From: Mobula birostris
Taxonomy: Eukaryota
Assembly: GCF_030028105.1 (NCBI RefSeq)
Contig: NC_092379.1
Coordinates: 27,955,821-28,019,820 of the forward strand
Direction of reading: 5' to 3'
Length of the DNA: 64,000 nucleotides
The notes beneath the pieces were generated by a model. The model was not told where the DNA came from, ran no database searches, and saw only the letters and a program-made list of their open reading frames with translations. Made by a program: the position numbers and the translations under genes. Shown piece by piece: positions 60,713-64,000 of the stretch (position 1 is its first letter; each line of letters starts with the position of its first letter).

Positions 60713-62259
60713 CCACTCACTGAGTCGTCAAACAGAAATATCGCAAGTAATTTTCTTTTACAGCTGGCAGACGGGGGTATGTGAGTTTGAAAGCCAAAAA
60801 TGATAGTATTCACATACAACGACTGACTGATTTGTAAATACCTCCTAGGATGGAAAAAAATAAGCTTCAGATTTCTGCCTGTTTTAGGGTTAGTTTGGAA
60901 GGTAGCAGCTCCATAAGATAAAGGAATTATCCACTCTGGCGAATGTTTGTCAGTACGCAGAGAATGTGACTGAAATGCCATCTATTTTGTAAAGCAACCT
61001 GGGAACAGAAAACATCTAGAACCAACATAAACTATTTTCTGCTTAATTCATAAAAATTACAGAGCTTCCTTTCCTGTTGTCCACAATCTACATACATTTT
61101 GATTTTTTTTTTACTTGTTTTGGATTTGCGCAACATCAACCACATCATAAGTGAACGGACCTAATTACCTAAGTTCGTTAAAAGTCCGTACTTGTGTACA
61201 AGGGTTGGTGCAGCAACTGCCTGGTTCAAGTAAATGCTTACTTCAGTTGAATTAAATCTTGAGCTATTTTAATTGAAAAGTTGTTTGGTAATTCGACGTT
61301 TAGAAAATTCTTAATAATCGTCAACCGCAACAGAAGAAACTGCGCCGCATAGTCACCAACAGCTGGAATATATTTTATTCCTTACTTTGGGATTATTTTA
61401 CATACCAGAATATGTATCACAACCAGAATATTAAGCATAAACAGAGTAGGCACTTGTGTAACTCTAATATGTTCACGATTAACGTCTTATTAATTTGTTG
61501 TATATCTACTTACTTTGACGCTGAAACGTTGGATTTGTCGTTTATACCGCAAATATGCAAAATAAATAGGTCCGGACTTTTAGCAGCCCACCACAAAAAC
61601 TGTTGCAATAACAGATTTACGTGGTATCATAGCGAATTTTCCGACCCCAGCATCAAATCAAAATGAACTAGTCGAACGCGAGGACGACCGTGCACTAAGA
61701 GAGAAAAGCTTTTGAAATTCAATGACAACCAACGTTGCAGCCCGTTGTCGCGAAGAGGAATCTTACAATGAGAGAAATATCCGGAAACCAGCTGAACTAC
61801 TGTAGTGTCGATGGCCAGCAAATCAGCACTAACTTCCAATGTATACGGTGATGACGAGAGGCCGCAACAATTTAGGGAAAGATTTCGGTTGCCTCGAGTT
61901 TCATAAAAAGAGGAAAAGTTCAAACAGCTACACAGTAGCGTACTGATTAGCAAAACGTTCTACTGTACGTATGTCACGTATTTAATTCCCACCACTGCTT
62001 GTAAAGAGATTGAATATTTTTCCCAGGAACTCGTGGGTTTATGTCAAGTGCTTTGGTGCCTAAAGTCTGGCTGGTTTTGGTAATCCGATTTGTTAGTGTA
62101 AACTGTAACCTAAGTAGGTTGTGATTTAAGCAGTGCATTTACGGGCTGCGAGCAATGATGTGCAGAAAGGGGAAATTCCTTAATGTATCTCAAATGCATT
62201 CGTAATCATACAAACAAGCACATAAATAGGTAAAAAAAGAACCAGCTTGCCCTGCAAAT

Positions 62260-62890
62260 CATATATTCGGTGCGAATTCGGGATGAATTTGGATTTTAAA
62301 CAAATACAACGGTTATAGATGGCAAATAAATTATACTAAATGCTCATGTTGTCTGTATTTTTGGAGAACAGATGAAACTGCTTAAAATGCATGCCGGGAG
62401 ATTCTACAAAACTGCATCTATAGCTGAATCCCTTTCGTGTGAAAAGTAAACCAAAATTCACTCTAGCAACATATCAATTTTCAGGCCCATTATTTGACCA
62501 TATTTGAATTAATCTCAGTACAGTGTTCACAGTGAAGCTGCAAGAGGGTAATTATGTTTAGAAGCAGAAATGGATTGCACCATAGTTGCGCAATCCTTGT
62601 GTTACACTCGCAAAACGCCACGTTAAGAATCTCTTTCCAGCATGAAACGGCTGAGATTCCCAGAGGTTTTCGATTGCAAATGTCCTTTCTCATTTGAAAT
62701 TCTGTACATTTCTGTACGTCTTGAATGCTGAGCATTGATTTCGTAATGTCAACAGAGCGATGCAATGAGGGCATTGCTTATAGAAACGTTATTTTTAACA
62801 TTTCAGTAATGGTCCACAAAATACCAGATGCACAACACTATTCTGAAAGAGAATGATGCTCCAGAGGGAACAAATGATTGAACAGTACAT
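62260..62890. repeat. Older copy of the cassette start (homologous to ~9300-9900)
   Basis: e.g. TTCGGTG(T/C)GAA..GATGAATTTGGATTTT and GTACGTCTTGAAT..GAGCA..GATTTC. Confidence 0.75.
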
Positions 62891-63499
62891 CTCGCCAGAC
62901 TTCGATTTAAGAATGTTGCTGAAAATTCTCACGCTCATTAAGTCATGCTGAGTCATTTTTGCATTGTCATTGTTATGTGGTCGGCAACAATGAATACAGC
63001 AAATGAGTCAGGGGTTTATAAAACACAAACAAACATTGATTAAACTCTGTTCAGCAATAGTGAAAAGTATTGAAACGACAAACTTAAGCGGAAGTTAATT
63101 GCTACACGGCATCCCTTGAACAGTTCTTAAAAGGGTAAATGCAAAAACAGTAAATTTGAACACAGTCTTAAAATGCCAAATTCGAAAGTCCAAGTGATTT
63201 ACACAGTGGATAAGGAGAGACCTGTCTGGAAACTGATTTCATCAAAGACATGGCGTTCCTGCTGATTCTCCAAAGGATTCACGACAAAGGAGATAAAACG
63301 GCTCTAATGAGCTGACCTTTTTCTAGCGAGTGAATCCTGTACAAACCTCCCTGCTCTTGCAGGAGTTATACAGATGCAGTTGGCCATATTCTAAACTAAT
63401 TCTCCCTAATGTTAATCCTTCATTAAACCGCCGAACCTTATTCCGATCCTTCAGGTTCCCGTCCTTTAGTAAGGTCTTAATTCTCCAATACTACTGTAA

Positions 63500-63900
63500 A
63501 GGTAAATCAAAGATACACCAACAAAGGTGACAGCGATTGGCGATACTGCCTGCACAATAATTCTGTGCCTTACAATAGAAAGTAAAGCTCCGTTTAAAAA
63601 CGAAACTGCGTCATGAGACGAATACGCAGCATAAGGGACTACCTGACGAACTAAACTGACAACTCAACTGAAAATCTAACTGCGTCACACCAGGGGTCTC
63701 CCATTTATACCTGTTGTGAAACATGTCATCACGTGACCTCACACTGGCGGGAAAATTACATCACCCCACCATCACAAGACCATTACACCTTGGTCATAAG
63801 ATACTAAGTTACATCATTGTCATAGGAAATTCAATTACATCATGGTCATAAGACAGTCACAAGATACCCACGAGGTATTGAACATCATGATGAGATGAAG
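63500..63900 (-). mobile_element. Possible LTR fragment
   Basis: Minus-strand GGTATAAATGGGAGACCCC TATA-like box and short internal GGTCATAAGA repeats; no termini or TSD identified. Confidence 0.3.
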
Positions 63901-64000
63901 TATCTGATAAATTGTTATAATCGAAATTATTTATTTAGTTATATGCTTGGTAGGGTACTTATACTTACCTCATTGTCAACAGAACTATATATCTACCTGT

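Noticed and set aside
61400-62000. CpG-rich unique block as a possible exon
   Set aside because: Short ORFs without recognisable motifs or convincing splice pairs; left unassigned.
1-64000. CRISPR array, prokaryotic operon, rRNA, or Ig/TCR constant and J segments
   Set aside because: No regularly spaced direct repeats with spacers, no rRNA-like sequence, and no C-domain exon or FGxG J segment recognised.

Overview
Eukaryotic genomic DNA: part of a T-cell receptor alpha(/delta)-type V-segment array. A cartilaginous fish, plausibly a ray, is inferred from the V sequences and repeat families; this is not proven. The window holds 9 recognisable V segments of one family. Four look intact (leader exon, ~126-130 bp intron, 303-bp V exon, 23-RSS): V1 3841-4323, V3 13260-13734, V4 31251-31725, V7 55289-55773. 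Five are pseudogenes: 5808, 18305, an inverted partial copy at 23660-23901, 37045 and 45791. Two further V genes have been cleanly deleted (scars at ~14985 and ~32984). No D, J or C segment was found. The array is built from tandemly duplicated cassettes plus one ~5.4-kb inverted duplication. It is littered with retroelements: Penelope-like with a minimal hammerhead ribozyme, L1 interrupted by a solo LTR, CR1, Rex1/Babar, Gypsy, tRNA-SINEs and an RTE-like element. The main non-obvious signal is a CTCF-motif architecture. Nearly every V module has a reverse CTCF-like site ~630-650 bp upstream of the ATG. Every V has a forward CTCF-like site 23-24 bp after the RSS nonamer. Both sites persist in pseudogenes and where the V gene itself was deleted. 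All calls are by eye; CTCF binding and ribozyme activity are predictions.
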